Shown: positions 1 to 13,500 of the stretch, piece by piece | How the letters are laid out: each line of letters opens with the position of its first letter | Numbering within the stretch: the first letter of the stretch is position 1 | From: Cyanidioschyzon merolae | Lineage: Eukaryota | DNA: 64,000 bases | Direction: 5' to 3' (one strand) | Assembly: GCA_000091205.1 (NCBI GenBank) | Contig: AP006495.2 | The notes under the pieces: generated by a model | The model's database searches: none | What the model saw: only the letters and a program-made list of their open reading frames with translations | Told to the model about the DNA's origin: nothing | Translations under genes and position numbers: made by a program

Positions 1-673
1 CCCAAAGCGTGCAACGAAGCAAACGGACCCAGTGTCTGTGTGCTCCCTTCGTCCTAGCGAAATAGCCACAGAACATGCCGCCACACCGCCGCGACCTAGA
101 CTTGCTTGTGGACGGCAACTCTTGAAAAACAAGGCCTCTACCTCGCACGTCTCTGGACTGGAGGTTTTACCCGCACACGTTTCACCCAGTGCGTCCAGTG
201 AGCCAAGTGTTCGCTCTGAGGCGTCGCAGTCGCACAGCGCAAGCACTATCTGACAAGCGAAGCGACTCTTCGAATAAAGTAGGGAGCGAAAGCTTTTCCA
301 AGGGCTTCCAGTGAGCGCGCTTTTGAGTTGCTTGCTCCCGATTCGCTTCCGTAGAGACGCTCACGACACTAACCTGGGCAAAAACCGCACTCGTTTCGCC
401 CGTACTCGAGTCGATTTTGTACGTATGCAAACCCGACCTATTCGTCACTATCACACCAAAGAATCGTCTCTGTTTCCACGAGACGCTTCCTGAACACCAG
501 CACACTGCAACCTACCGGTCGAGATGCTTGCCAGCCTTGACGACCTGCACCGTTCGAGATGTCGATGAGATCGCAACGCTCTCGTAACGACTGGCTAATC
601 GTGGACTGTTGCCTTCATTCTGGAGTAGCACACAAAACGGCGTCAACGTGCGCTCTTTCAGGGCTCGTGTCTA

Positions 674-1549
674 GTGTCCATCAGGAGCATGTGGTTTCTC
701 GGTATTTTCCAGGCCTTATTGCAGCTGTTTTTAGGCTGGCTTTGTCCGGGCTTGACGCTGCGTTCGCTGCGGTTGCACTGGCGACGCGGCTGGCTTGAGC
801 TCCGAAACCTAAACGTACCCGCGAGTATGACTCGCTATCTGCCGGTACGCTTGCCGGTGCGCTTTGTGAGACTGCATGTGGGTAGACTTCGTATAAAGGT
901 ATCGTGGCGAGCGCTTCGCCAACTGGCTCGCTGGCGAGTTCGTAGTCGTCACCAGGGGCCAGACCCGGACACCCGGCGTGTATCATTGAGTTTCTTGTCT
1001 GAGTTGCTTTGCATTGAGATCGAGGATGTGGGTCTGCTATGTACAGACGATACGGAAGCATACTTGGAATCCCGGTTGGAGCGAGCGCTCTGGAAACGTC
1101 TGCAATTGCAGCTCAAGTTAGCCAAGTTGCAGGAGTGTGAACGTCTCGCTGCTCGCGTGCTCCAGCTGCCTGTGATGGGTGCCCTGGAGTCCGGTGCCGC
1201 ATGGGATGCTTCTCTGGATGCAGAGGGAAATGAGGGGCAATTCTTGTTGGAAGATGCCCGGCATCGTCCAGGGAACACTGAAGCGCCCGACGAGGCCGTC
1301 GACATCACACGCAACGCCAGAGCGGATCCTGTCTCCAATGATCGGTGCATCGTAACCACTCAAGTACCGCACGAGAGCGTGTTGCAGGGTTCGGTATCCA
1401 CTGACGGGGCTTGTTCATGGACAGCGGCACCAGTGTCGTCATCCGCAGCGCCTGATGGTGAACCAGCGAAGCAGCTCGTGAACGCGACCCAAAGCGAAGC
1501 ACTGGAGGCATCGAGGCGAACTCATGCGCATGCTTGCACACCAGAACAT

Positions 1550-1582
<33 letters not shown>

Positions 1583-4500
1583 CCCAACGCGCCTTCCATG
1601 GAGGATGCACCGAGCAGAGCGTTGGCATCCACCTTGGAACCGAGCGACCTAATGCGATCGAACAATGTCGTATCGGATCATGGAGAATCCACGGTAACTG
1701 CGGATGCACCAGAGTGCACTGCCCGGCAACATCCATCTGCGGAGGCAACAAGAGAGGCACCAGACTCGGCTGACGCTTCATCGTCTTCAGTCGGTGATGA
1801 ACTTCGCGAGCCGCAGTTGCCGTCCGATACGGGATTGCTTGCATCCCCTGCTGCGACCTCGGAAGCCTCAACGGAACCACACGATGCACCGCAGCTCTCC
1901 GAGACCGGAGCAAGCGGTATCGCGACCACCACCGGCACCACGGAAGCATTGGCGCTCGACTGGGACGCTGCCCCTTTTCTGGAAATCTTCGAGCGTTCCT
2001 CCTGGATCCAAGTATTTCGCCAAGTACGCATTCGACTCCGTCGGGTTTGGATCCGGCTAGAAGCGAGTCCGCAACCGAACGGAAAAGATCACAAAGATAT
2101 GGCTCCAGCGCCGTACGCCCTGGAATGCTCCCTCGAAGACGCGTACCTTGAACCTCCGGATGAAGCGTTTCGTGCACAGGTCCTGGAACGCTGTGGGCTA
2201 TCGCTTCCCGAACTGGATCCATCCGAGGATGCCAGCTACGAAGAATCGGTATTTCTCTGGAGAGGGTGTTGTTTCCGAGGCTTGCGCATACGCTTCGCCG
2301 TGGACGATGAACGCTGGTTACCGTTGCTCGCACAGACACCACAACAGAGTCGAGGTGGTAGCGCGTCCGACGAGCCACCGCTGCCACCACTCCAAGAGTC
2401 CGACTGGGACTGGCTGTGGCGACGACTCCGCCATCGTGAACCTACGAGCTACCTCATTGCAGATCTGCTTCTATTAGCTCGTCTGGGAATCAACATGGCC
2501 GCCTTTGAGGATACCACGCGCTACACAATGGATGCACTCCACCAGAACAGTCTTCCTTTCGCTGCTGGTGCTGGTGCTGGTGCTGGTGCTGCCGCTGCCG
2601 ATACCACCACCATTCGGTTGCATGCAAGTATACCGTATGTGCACGGTCACCTGACGTTAGCGACGTTGTTCAGTCTCACGCGACTAGCTGAACAGCTGGC
2701 GCATTGGTTTTGGCGTGCTTATCTCCATCAAAAGTACGACGTACCTGCGGAACGACCTCGGCGCCTATCACCGTATCGTTTGGCGAGACTTCCGGGTCGG
2801 AGGCATCCCGCTCGGGCCTGGTGGCGCTACGCGGTTCGCTGTGTCCTGGGCCTACGTCGACGGCAACGAAGAGAGGCCGCACTGCCGGCTGCATTACCGG
2901 AACTCTCTCGTTGGTTACGACTTCAGTTATTGTACTTTGCGCTCTACCGCGAACTGGTGTACGGGGAATCTGCACCGAAGCAGCTCTTCGAGTGCGTCAT
3001 GTCCTCGCTGGATGCCGTCGGGGGTCATCGGGTGTGTCCTCGGGAGAATAACGGAGCGCTGCGCTTTCGGAGCGTTTCACAACCTGGATCCGGATTGAAC
3101 CTTGCGGACGATTCCGAGACAGCGCTTCCACGGCGACTGGTCGCTCAACTACGGTATCTGGAAGAGCGCATGCCTCTAGAGCAGCTGCTGAATGCACGAC
3201 TTCTTGTTCATGTGCATGAGCGTGCAAAACGCCTCCAAGCGGAAGCAGCGAACGAGAAACGTTCGTCTTCCTGGTCCAGAGGGCACATCTGGCGCCTGGC
3301 CAGCACTTCATGGCAATGGATTCGGTCGACTGTGAGCTCCTGGTTCGGGACGTATCAGCTCTACCAGGTGGTGAAGCAGCGACGCGAGTCACGCCGAGCG
3401 CTGCGCTGGATAGCCACTGCAACAGAGGCTGCCTCGGATGGAAGCGCGAGAGCCGAGCACTTGTCTCAGGCTTTGGTGACGCAGGCATCCATGGATAGTG
3501 GAGCAGGTGCGCGTGCTCCTGTCAGTGCTGCGACTCGTGCGCCTGCTACGGACGTGTCTGCTCCTGCTTCCGTGGATCCGGGTGCTGCTGCTGCTGCTGG
3601 TGCTGTCGGTGCCGATCACCAGGATATGGACGAGTTCCTGCAACGTCTTCGTGATGCGTTTCATGAGGCCTGGGTGGCAGTCTTCGGCGAGAGCGGGCGC
3701 GATGCTGTTCTTTTCACCGAGTCCCTGGTGGAGGCATTCGAGACCAGCGTACCGCTGGATCTAGAGATGCAGTTGGAGCAAGCCTCGTGGACGCTGCACG
3801 GCATCGGCGACAGCGAGCGTCTGCCAGGCGACTTGCCGTCTTGCACACGAGCTGCCAGCATGCCGAAGAACAACAACAACGAGAACAAGAACAAGAACAA
3901 GAGCAGCGTGTCGGCATCGCTGCTGACGCTACGCCTCCAGGGCATATGGTGGCGTCTGCACGACCTCGGGACGACGAGTCCGCTGCAGACGCAAGTCGTT
4001 GTCCGCGACTGGGAGGTTATCCCAGACGTCGTGCGCGTGCAAGCCCAGACAGAGAGCGTCTTTTACGCTGACCTGCCGAGTACAGCCCCGAGCGCTGCGC
4101 TCTACATGCGGTTGCAAGTTCAGAAACGGGTCGATCGCCGCAACTCCACCACCGACGCGTTACCGCTGCTGCATGAGAATGGGAACGGAGGTGTTCCCGG
4201 TGAGCCTGCTGCACCAGGCACCGCACAGACTCCGTTGCAACCGAGAGAAACCGCCTCGCATGCGACGGGTTGCAACTCGCTTGCCTCCAGTACGGAGACC
4301 GAGTCAGCCTCTGCGCTCTATGTTCGCCTGCAGCCGCTGCGAGTACATTTGCAGACGGAGCAACTGGTGCCACTGCTGTCGTTGCTCCAAGAGTGGCGGG
4401 CTTGTATTCCGCGGTCGCTTGCCGAACGAATCGCTGGCCTCATGCAGGAGCATCCCAGTCGAGCGCGACATCGAGCCATAGAGGCACTGCAACTGGAACA

Positions 4501-7500
4501 ACGTTTCCGAGTCGATGTTTTCTGCGAGTGGATCCAGGTCTGGTACGCATCCCGGTGGTTGCTGCAGTTGGAGCGTCTCTCGCTGCTCCGTACGCGTTCC
4601 CTGGTCAAGGCGCACTTTGGAGAAGCGCAACGAGACGAACCGCAGCCCTTACTCTTGTCCATCGCGAGTATGCATGCCCACTTTGTGCCTCAGCGCCGTG
4701 GAAGCAATGCAGCGGGCAGGAATGCTGCCGCTTCCGAACGTAACGAGCAGGTGAGCATGAGCGTCCATCCGCACGACGCTGGGGCCACGATATCGCTGCT
4801 GGAGCCGGTTCCGCTTGTCCTGAAACTGTTCGGCCGCTTAGAGCGAGGACAGAACGCTGCAGCAACTGTAGCCACAGAGCCTCGTCTGCATATTGTGGTG
4901 TCGCTGCGGGTTCCGGTACGACTGCAGCTGGCGCCCGTCGTGATTGGTGCGCTCTTTGAACAGGTTCGGCACTGGCAACAGTGCTGGATGCAGCGAGGCA
5001 GGCGACGACCCTGGCTCTGGGGCAGGGTCCAGGACACGCGCTTGTCGCCGGAGATGCGCTCCAATGCACCTGTTTGGCAGCAACTCGTGATGATTCCTGT
5101 CGTATGGAGGCAACGGCTGGCGACGCAGCACGCCTGGCATCGCGGGGAGTCGGCATTGTGTCTGGGTATTCTGGGTATGGACGCTGCAGGGTCGCTGCAG
5201 CTGGTGGATGCTAGCGCTGACAGACTGTCCAGCATCATCGGGATGGCGCTGGAGTTCCCGTGTTGGCAGCTGGAGCCGCTACACGACCCGTTGCCGTGGC
5301 CTCTGGAACGCGCATCGACCCGAGGAGCGCAGCTGCTGCTGATGCTGCTGCGTCGCTCCACCGATGAACGACCTGCACCAGTGATTGCTTCACCGGAACA
5401 TGGGCGCCTTGGAGCACCCGAATCCGTTGAACGCACCACAGACAGTGCGCAGCTCCAGGGGTCAAATGAAACGACGCAAACTGGAGCAACCACAGGTCCC
5501 AGGGCAGATACGAACACCCCCGTCAGTACGAATGCCCGTCCGAGTCGTGGAGCTGCGCATGCTTCGTCCGCCTCCTCTTCTACTACTACTTGTACTGCTT
5601 CTGGAGCAGTCGTTGCATTCGCTTTGCGTTTCGCCAGTGCAGCGCACGCTGAGCTATGGTACCGGCGATGGCGCTGCGGCAAGTTCGAGGACCCACAGCA
5701 ACAGCAACGTTACGGCTGGTGGGCGCTCTTGCATCCGGGGTACCGGTGGTGCTCGCGAAGCGACACCATTCCGGGCGCAGTGTCAGCGGGCGCCCGGACG
5801 CCTGTCTTGTCTTCGGAAGCGTATCCGCCGCTGCTCGCTGCTGTAGCGCTCTGGATTCAGGTCGAGATGCCACACGGAGCTGTGCTGGAGATGCCACTTG
5901 GTCGCTGGACAAACGGCTGGCATCCAGCAGGAGCGCATGGCGTCGCAGGCACCAGAAAGTCGATGCCCTTCTCCAGGAATGCGGACACAACCCCGCTGGA
6001 CTGCTTTGAGGTTTCGTTTTCGAGTTTGAGGCTGCAGTTGCGGAGCGCATGCACCATTGTACCGGTGGACAGTGCACTTGTGCGCATGGAGCAGCTCTCC
6101 ATCCGCTTGCAAACAAGGACATCGAGCGGAGACACCACTGCTGGGGGCGGGACGCCCCTGATCCAGATCCCTGCTGTTTCACCAGCGGCTACCGCTACGC
6201 CGCAGCTTGCAGTGGATACCGCGAGGCGAGCGTTGTGGCGCGACCCTCGTTGGAGAGCGTACGTAGCGCATGACGGTTTGTGGGGCTTTGCAGACGGTCC
6301 AAGTCTGCGGACATGGGTGTCCACGGAACTGTGGGTGGCGTTTCGGCACCCACGCGAAGCACCGGATCGAACGCAAGGCTTTGTTCTGATACCCTCGGTA
6401 TCTCTGCTGTTGCAGAGCACTTGGATGGAGGCTCTGATCCAACTCTGTAGTCAAATCATGCTTGCAGCCGGTCCGTCTGGCGAGCTGGCGTGCGCAGGGA
6501 TCCAGCGCTCGACACTGAGGTCCAGCGACAGCCCGCCGCTTCATGCAACTGGAGCCGAGGCATATGCGGCAGCCTCAATGCCGAAGAACTCCTGGAGCAA
6601 CAGACAGCAGCGCTCACATATGCATTGGCAGCGAGTTCGTCGGCGACTCCGTTGCTGGCGACTTGCGTCTCATTTCTGGGTGTTGCTTCTGGAGCGCAGC
6701 GTCCCGGTGAACGCGCCTCCGACCTGTTCACAAACAGAGGCAGAACGCATCGATGCACCTGCAGCGCAGCACAGCAGTTTTCTGGGACGTACAAACTGGG
6801 AAAGCCTTCGCCAATGGCGGCACAGACGCTCCCGAATAGCGACGACAGCGACGGCTTCCTGGTTACCCCGCTCAACCTCGAGTGGGTCTTCCCCAACGGG
6901 ATGCACAACAACAGGACCAACACCCGAAGACAGAGCCAATGCAGAGGCGGCAGGTGGTGCAGACGCCGCAGCAGACGCCGCAGAAGCCATAGCCACTGAG
7001 AATGCAGCCGCTGCTCGTAGATGTGCCGCAGAGACGACACTCGGAGATACCGTAGCGGACCCGTGTGCAGGCATGATGCTAGGTGCAGCACCAGGAGAGC
7101 GCCGCTGTGGAGACGCTCTGACAACGACAACGACAGAACAGCAAACTGGACTGGACGGCACTTTTCAGATGGTGCTCTTCCTTGCAGAAGCGCTGGTTGC
7201 GATGCGTTCTGTTTCCGAGGAGCTCGGCATCTTTGCGGAGCTGCTTGCTCGACACCTGGACCTGGAATGCTGCAGCGAGGATCAGTCTTCCTTGCAATTG
7301 ACGATGAAGCTATCGGGACTCGCGCTGCGGGATCTGTTGTCGCTGCGATCCGATACTGGTGGCGAGTTACGCTTCTACTCTGGTACGCTGGACGAGCAGG
7401 CTGTCGAGGATGAGTCACCAACGGCCGGGCGAGCATCTTCGGGGCCAATGTCGCTTGTTGCACTCAGTAGCAGCAGCAGCAGCTCACGAGCGACGTTACG

Positions 7501-10500
7501 CGACTCGCTTCGCGATGCAACTGCAGAGGCGACGCTAGCGCTCGAGTCTGCTCCAGCGGGCGCTTCACAAGAAACCTCATGCACACGCGCAGCGCTCGAA
7601 GTGCATGGAGTTCTTGGACTGGACGCTTCCGGATCGTCAGGCGCCTCAAAATCGTCCAGTGCTACCAGTGAACTCGAGCAGGAGCGTCCCGTCGCGACTG
7701 CAGCGCCAACGAGTGCACGTCGTCGTCGCCTGCAGTCACCAGAGGCTTCACTTCGAACCGCTGTGGTACCCGGGCTTCAACTGCGTATGATGGTGAACGC
7801 ACCTGAGATCGTCTACTTCCATCCGTTTTACGCCTTGCTGGTGCAGACGGTATACGCCTGGCGAGATACGCTTGCGATGGTGTCAGCGTGCCAGCACGTG
7901 CAACCACCGGTGATCCTGGGCGCTTCTTCGCCAACAGATGAAACTAGTGCTGCTGCTGTTGCTCTTGCTGGTGCTGTGTCTCGAAAAGGTTCCGCACGGA
8001 TGGGTCCTGCATCCAGCAGTGCGCTTCCAGCTGGGATCAGCGATACGGGGCAGATTCCGAATACAGCGACAGCGATGCGTCTACCAGTCCACATCGAGAT
8101 ACACTGTATTCAACCTCGAGTATGCTTCCCGAGCGAGCTCCATGAGGCGTCTTTCGTCGAGGTGAAGCTGGAAACGGCTCGACTGCGCCTCGAGCAAACG
8201 GCGCTCTCGAGTCCAGTGGCGACATCCGTATCGGCAGAGCGACCCTTTCCGATGCTCGGGGATGCTATTGTTGCGAGTTACTTTGAAGCACAAACAGAGG
8301 AGGTTAGTGTTTTCTGCAGGCTTGCGGATCAAGAGCGGGTTGCGGTTTGTTTCCTCGAGCCGGTTCCCCTACTGGAGGCATCCATCTACTGGACGCTGCC
8401 GACTGGAAAGCTCGACACTGGGCACCAAGTGACATCGCCCACAATGGGATCGTCGCAAACTGCATCGGAGAATGCAGGCACGTCGACTGGGATACGGAGA
8501 GCAGTCACCGTCCCTGGAGAAATACCTACGAGATCGTCGCAAACAGCATCGGAGAATGCAGGCACGTCGACTGGGATACGGAGAGCAGTCACCGTCCCTG
8601 GAGAAATACCTACGAGATCGTCGCAAACAGCATCGGAGAATGCAGGCACGTCGACTGGGATACGGAGAGCAGTCACCGTCCCTGGAGAAATACCTACGAG
8701 ATCGTCGCAAACAGCATCGGAGAATGCAGGCACGTCGACTGGGATACGGAGAGCAGTCACCGTCCCTGGAGAAATACCTACGAGATCGTCGCAAACAGCA
8801 TCGGAGAATGCAGGCACGTCGACTGGGATACGGAGAGCAGTCACCGTCCCTGGAGAAATACCTACGAGATCGTCGCAAACAGCATCGGAGAATGCAGGCA
8901 CGTCGACTGGGATACGGAGAGCAGTCACCGTCCCTGGAGAAATACCTACGAGATCGTCGCAAACAGCACCACCAGCAGAGAAGCGGACGGAGCAACGTTC
9001 CAGTCCGGAACCCGTTACGCTTCCACTCGAGGTCAGTGACGAGCCGGTGGACGTCACATCGCTGGTCTTGCAAGCACAGGCTGCGGAGCTGGAATGCCAC
9101 CTGAGTCCCACGGTGATCGCTGCCCTGGAACTGGTTCTACTCACGAACCTATTACGATCATATGGCCAGCGCTGCTTCCCGGTATCGAGTTACGAACCAA
9201 AGCGCATCACCGTGGAGCTCTCTTTCGAGCGTTGCCTGCTCTTTGCCGATGCTACGGATCCAGAACTCGAAGAGCTCTGGGGCTCTAGCGGAAACGTGAA
9301 CTCCAGCGACAGCACAACGCCGCTTCAAACAGAAACAGAGACGAATACCGAGCCTGCCATCGACGCTTCAGGTGCGGTTCGAGACACCAGACGCTCCGCG
9401 GAACAAGCACCGAGCGTATCCTCCAGCACTGCATCTGCATTTTCGGCTAGCAAGATACCAGGCTCTATCACGTCGTCAGTATCTGAAGCGCGTGCTCCGG
9501 TGGCTTTACCGGGGGAAACCTCTTCGCTAGGTGCACAACAGCGTCGATACCGCAGCCGCAAACCTGCCACCAGCGAGCCTGGACGCAACCCGGTCTCGGC
9601 GAGTGCATCGTCTCTAGGTGCAGCGAACTGGTCCAGCACCGGATCCCTCAGGTCGATGGTACGGGAACGCTCCGAGTCCAACGAAAGCCGCCCAGTACTG
9701 CATTCCCGCGGTAACCAGGACTCGAATACGCGAACCCGTACCGCTTCTGATACTGAAACAGTACCCGCGCAAGTCCTAATGGACTGTCGAGACTTTCGAG
9801 GTGTATTCGCGCTAACGCTGCCGTCCGGTGCAAGTGAGGGACATTTCACCCTCTCTGAACTGCAACTCTGGAGTCGACGCGATCAAGCAGAGCGCACAGA
9901 AGAGCAACAGGATGTATTCGCTGCTCCGACATCGAGAGCGCTCAGAAAGCCGGCCTTGGCCTCCTCCGTGACGTTGTCAGGCTCGCAGACCCCAGAAATG
10001 GCAGCAACAGCAGCATGGCAACTGCCGTCTGCTACTCCTGAGGCGTTTGCCGCCCAGCCGCCAGAGGCCAATACGCCGACCCTCGCCCAGCATACTCGAA
10101 AGACGCGTTGGCGACAGACACGAACTGGTATGGTCCTCTGCAGTGGCCCCGTATCGCTGGATCTGGGGACCCAGCCCGGTCATCCGTTCCGCTGGCGTTT
10201 TGAAACCGACAAGTCGTTGCAGCTGACGATGCGCGGCATCTCCGACGTTGCCGTCCTCGAGGTGCTCACTGTCTACACCATAACCCTCGGCCAGACAACC
10301 AAGTCGTTGCGGCCGTACTTGCGCCTGCACGACCTCTCGGTGGAGTCGTTATTTGGAACTAGCGGCTGGGACATGCAGCTGGAGCTCCCAAGGCTGGAAC
10401 TCCTCCTCCTGGACCAGCGTACCTTTGGAGCAACCATGCTGGCTGGAGTCGGGATTGAACTGGCAATGCACGCTGCGCTCAAGTTGAGCGCTACCGGAAA

Positions 10501-13500
10501 ACTCGAGCGTCTCGTTTCTGGTGTTCAAGAAGTGCTCTTCTTTCGGGCGTGGCTAGCGCAACAAGCAGCTCCCAAGCAAAACGTGTGGCATGGCGGCAGC
10601 GTCTACGATATCCAGTGCCAGCCGTACTTTGCATCGATCGTTGTGGAGCGTCAACTGACCTCGCCACGAGGCCACGAGGCATCCTCATCCACCATACAGG
10701 TACAGTTGTTATCCGAGGAGCTGGAACTGCGCTTTGGTGTCGATGACCTGGTGCTGTGTCTGCGCACCCTGGATGGACTCTTGAACACTCTGTTTCAGCG
10801 ACTGCAGACGGCGCGAGTCCGCAGAGCCTGGTACCGACATCGTCTAGCGCTGCGGAGTGCGGCGTTTGTGTCTCGCGCCAGTGGACGTCTGGGGGCAGCT
10901 CTACTGGGGCTCGCGGACACCGACCTCCATCATCGACGTTTCAGTGGCAGTATCAGGAGTAGTTATAGTGCTGGTGGTAGTGGTGCGCCCAGCATCGACC
11001 AAGAACGCGACTCGGAGCACCTGGATCATGGTGCTCGTGATACCGATAATGACGAAGGCCATGCTGCTGGTAACGAGAGCACGGGTGCAGCGGCAACAGC
11101 GCGCCACTTACATCAGCGAGGTTCTTCGGGGCGGCGACCACTGGGCCTGGCAGCTGCGGCAGTCAACTCGGGTCCGTTGAAGGCCTGGTTAAGCGAGAGA
11201 CTTGGGCGTCGTCGCACTGTACCTTCAGCGAAACAGGCTCAGTCACTGGATGTGCACGTTCCGCGAAGGCATGCCGTGGATGCTGCAGCAGCAGCTGCTG
11301 CTGCTGCAACGACACGGGGGATCGATCTGGAAGCTGGATTGCAGGCAAAGGAGCAGCAAAGCTTCCTGGATCAGAGTCGTGAATCCGGCAAGAGGAGGAC
11401 GCTCGCTTCATTACTCAGGAGCAGCTTATCCATGGATTCAGACGCACAAAGCGCCCCAAGGCCTGCCGAGCGTATCGATAGCACCTCACCGCGTTCACCG
11501 ATGCATTTGGACGGCACGAGTACTACTCCCGATACTGGTGCTACAGCCGGTGCTACTGCTGCGTCAACCGGTACGCCCGAGCAGACGATCCATTGGCAAG
11601 GAAGTATCGGTCCGATTCGCTTCTCGCTCATGGACACGTTTGCACAAGTACCGTACGCACTTGTGAGCCTAGCGCTGTGCCCCGAGGACCTCGAGGTGAC
11701 CTGGGCACCCGACCAACAAGCGCTGGGTGTGACGGTGCACCTTCGCATGGCCATGCACACCTTCGCGTCTGATCGCTTGGTATGGGATCCACTGGTGGAC
11801 CCGTTCAATCTCTGGATTCGAAGCCGTTCCCAGATCAACCAGACACTGGACACGATGACGCTGGGGGTAGCCATCGAGGTGCCCGAGTCCATTGAATGCA
11901 CCGTCAGCGATCGTTTTATTCAGGCTATCGCTCAGACGGATCAACGAATCCGGCACGAGTTCGCAATGGAGCATCGTCAGCTCGGTCGACATCGTCAGTT
12001 GCGGCACCGACAGCGAGCTTGGGTCCGATGGACGCGTCCTCGGTCGGAGCCGCAGCTGCTGGAGTTGTACAACGCGACGGAGCTGGTGCTTTGCCTAGAG
12101 ACGCAACTGCAACTGGTACCGCTGCAGCTTGCCCCTGGGGCGCGAGTTGCGCTGCCCCTGGTAGCGCCTCTGCCCAGCACCTGTTGTTGGTATCCCGCTG
12201 ATGACGATCGACAGCGAGCAGATGCTGCGTTTCGCGCGAGACTCTGGGTCCAGGACGCAACCGCTGCAGCTGCATCCTGCTTGACCTCGCCCTGGACACC
12301 GGCCTGGTTGAACCTGAGTCATTACGGGCGTCAGCTGTTGCGTCTGCAGTGGCAGGCTGGGGGTATCGGGGCCGCTTTGGCTGCCACAGACTCGATACCA
12401 GCCAAGGCTGCTGCTGGGGCTGCTGCTGGGGCTGCGGCGCCATTCCTGGAGTTGCTCATGATTGGGGCCCTGCGTGGTGAGCAACTCACGGTATCGTTCC
12501 ACAGCCCCGTTCTGGTACAGAATACGACGGGAACAAGTCTGCGGTTACGTCTACGTGTTCCTGGTGGGTCTCCAGTGCCAAAGTCCGCGTCGAACAAGCC
12601 CCATGCGATCGAGATTCGCTCCTGGTACGCACATCAGTTCGCGTGTTATCATCAGAGTCGCAAAGCCGACCCCACACCAGTCCCGAAAACACGTCACCGT
12701 GCCACCGATGAACAGCCCGCAGGTGTTGACTGCTGGCAACGCGCTGCTTGGCCAGCGACTGCGGCAACACTGGACGCTTCGAGTACAGCGGCAGACTCGC
12801 AGCTAGCGTACGCGTCTCTGGACGTGAACCAGCGCTCTAGTGTCGGGACTAGCGCACCATCAGATGAAGCACCGGGTGATGTAGCCGGAGCATCGTACCA
12901 GAGGTCAGGTGTGGATCGGAACTGGGCACCAAGCCAAGCGCCATGTGCGGATGCTGCTACTACCGGTACTGCTATTGCTGGTACTGGTACTGCTGCATCG
13001 ACGCAGAGACCTGGTAGCGCATCTGCAACACCACGGACACGTTCCGTGGAAACCCAGCTGGTGCTGGAGACGGTGATACCGCCACAAGGCGTTCGTTCGC
13101 TACCGCTCGCGTTCTCGACGCTCGACGGAGAACTGTACATTCAGGCGTATCGCCGACCAGAGTCGCGAGTCCCGGCCAATGCCTGCGACTCGTCCGGGGT
13201 TTCGCGAACACCTGCTGAGGCCCTGGACTCGCAGTCTTCTTCGTCTGACGCTTTGAGGAGCAAAGAGCCGCCACCAAACGCTCCATTGGAAATGGGTGCG
13301 TTTCTGCGAGCGACGCAACTGGAGCCGTTGCTGATGGAAGCGCGGCACAGCGCCGTCTGCTTACCGCTCTACAGTGAAACAAAATACGCCGCTTTTGGTA
13401 CCGGAGGGAGAGCAAATGCTGGAGTTGCCGCTTCACAACGACGAGTGCTCTGGTATGCGCGAATGCAAGCGTTCCGTATGAGATCGGATGCCTGGTGGCT

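Noticed and set aside
1305-7463. Long minus-strand ORFs (for example 1305-2390, 4690-5682, 6456-7463) antisense to VPS13. The same pattern occurs antisense to ACC (48882-49832, 51393-52265, 54971-55612).
   Set aside because: These are typical antisense open frames in GC-rich coding DNA. They have no recognisable domains and overlap well-supported genes on the other strand.
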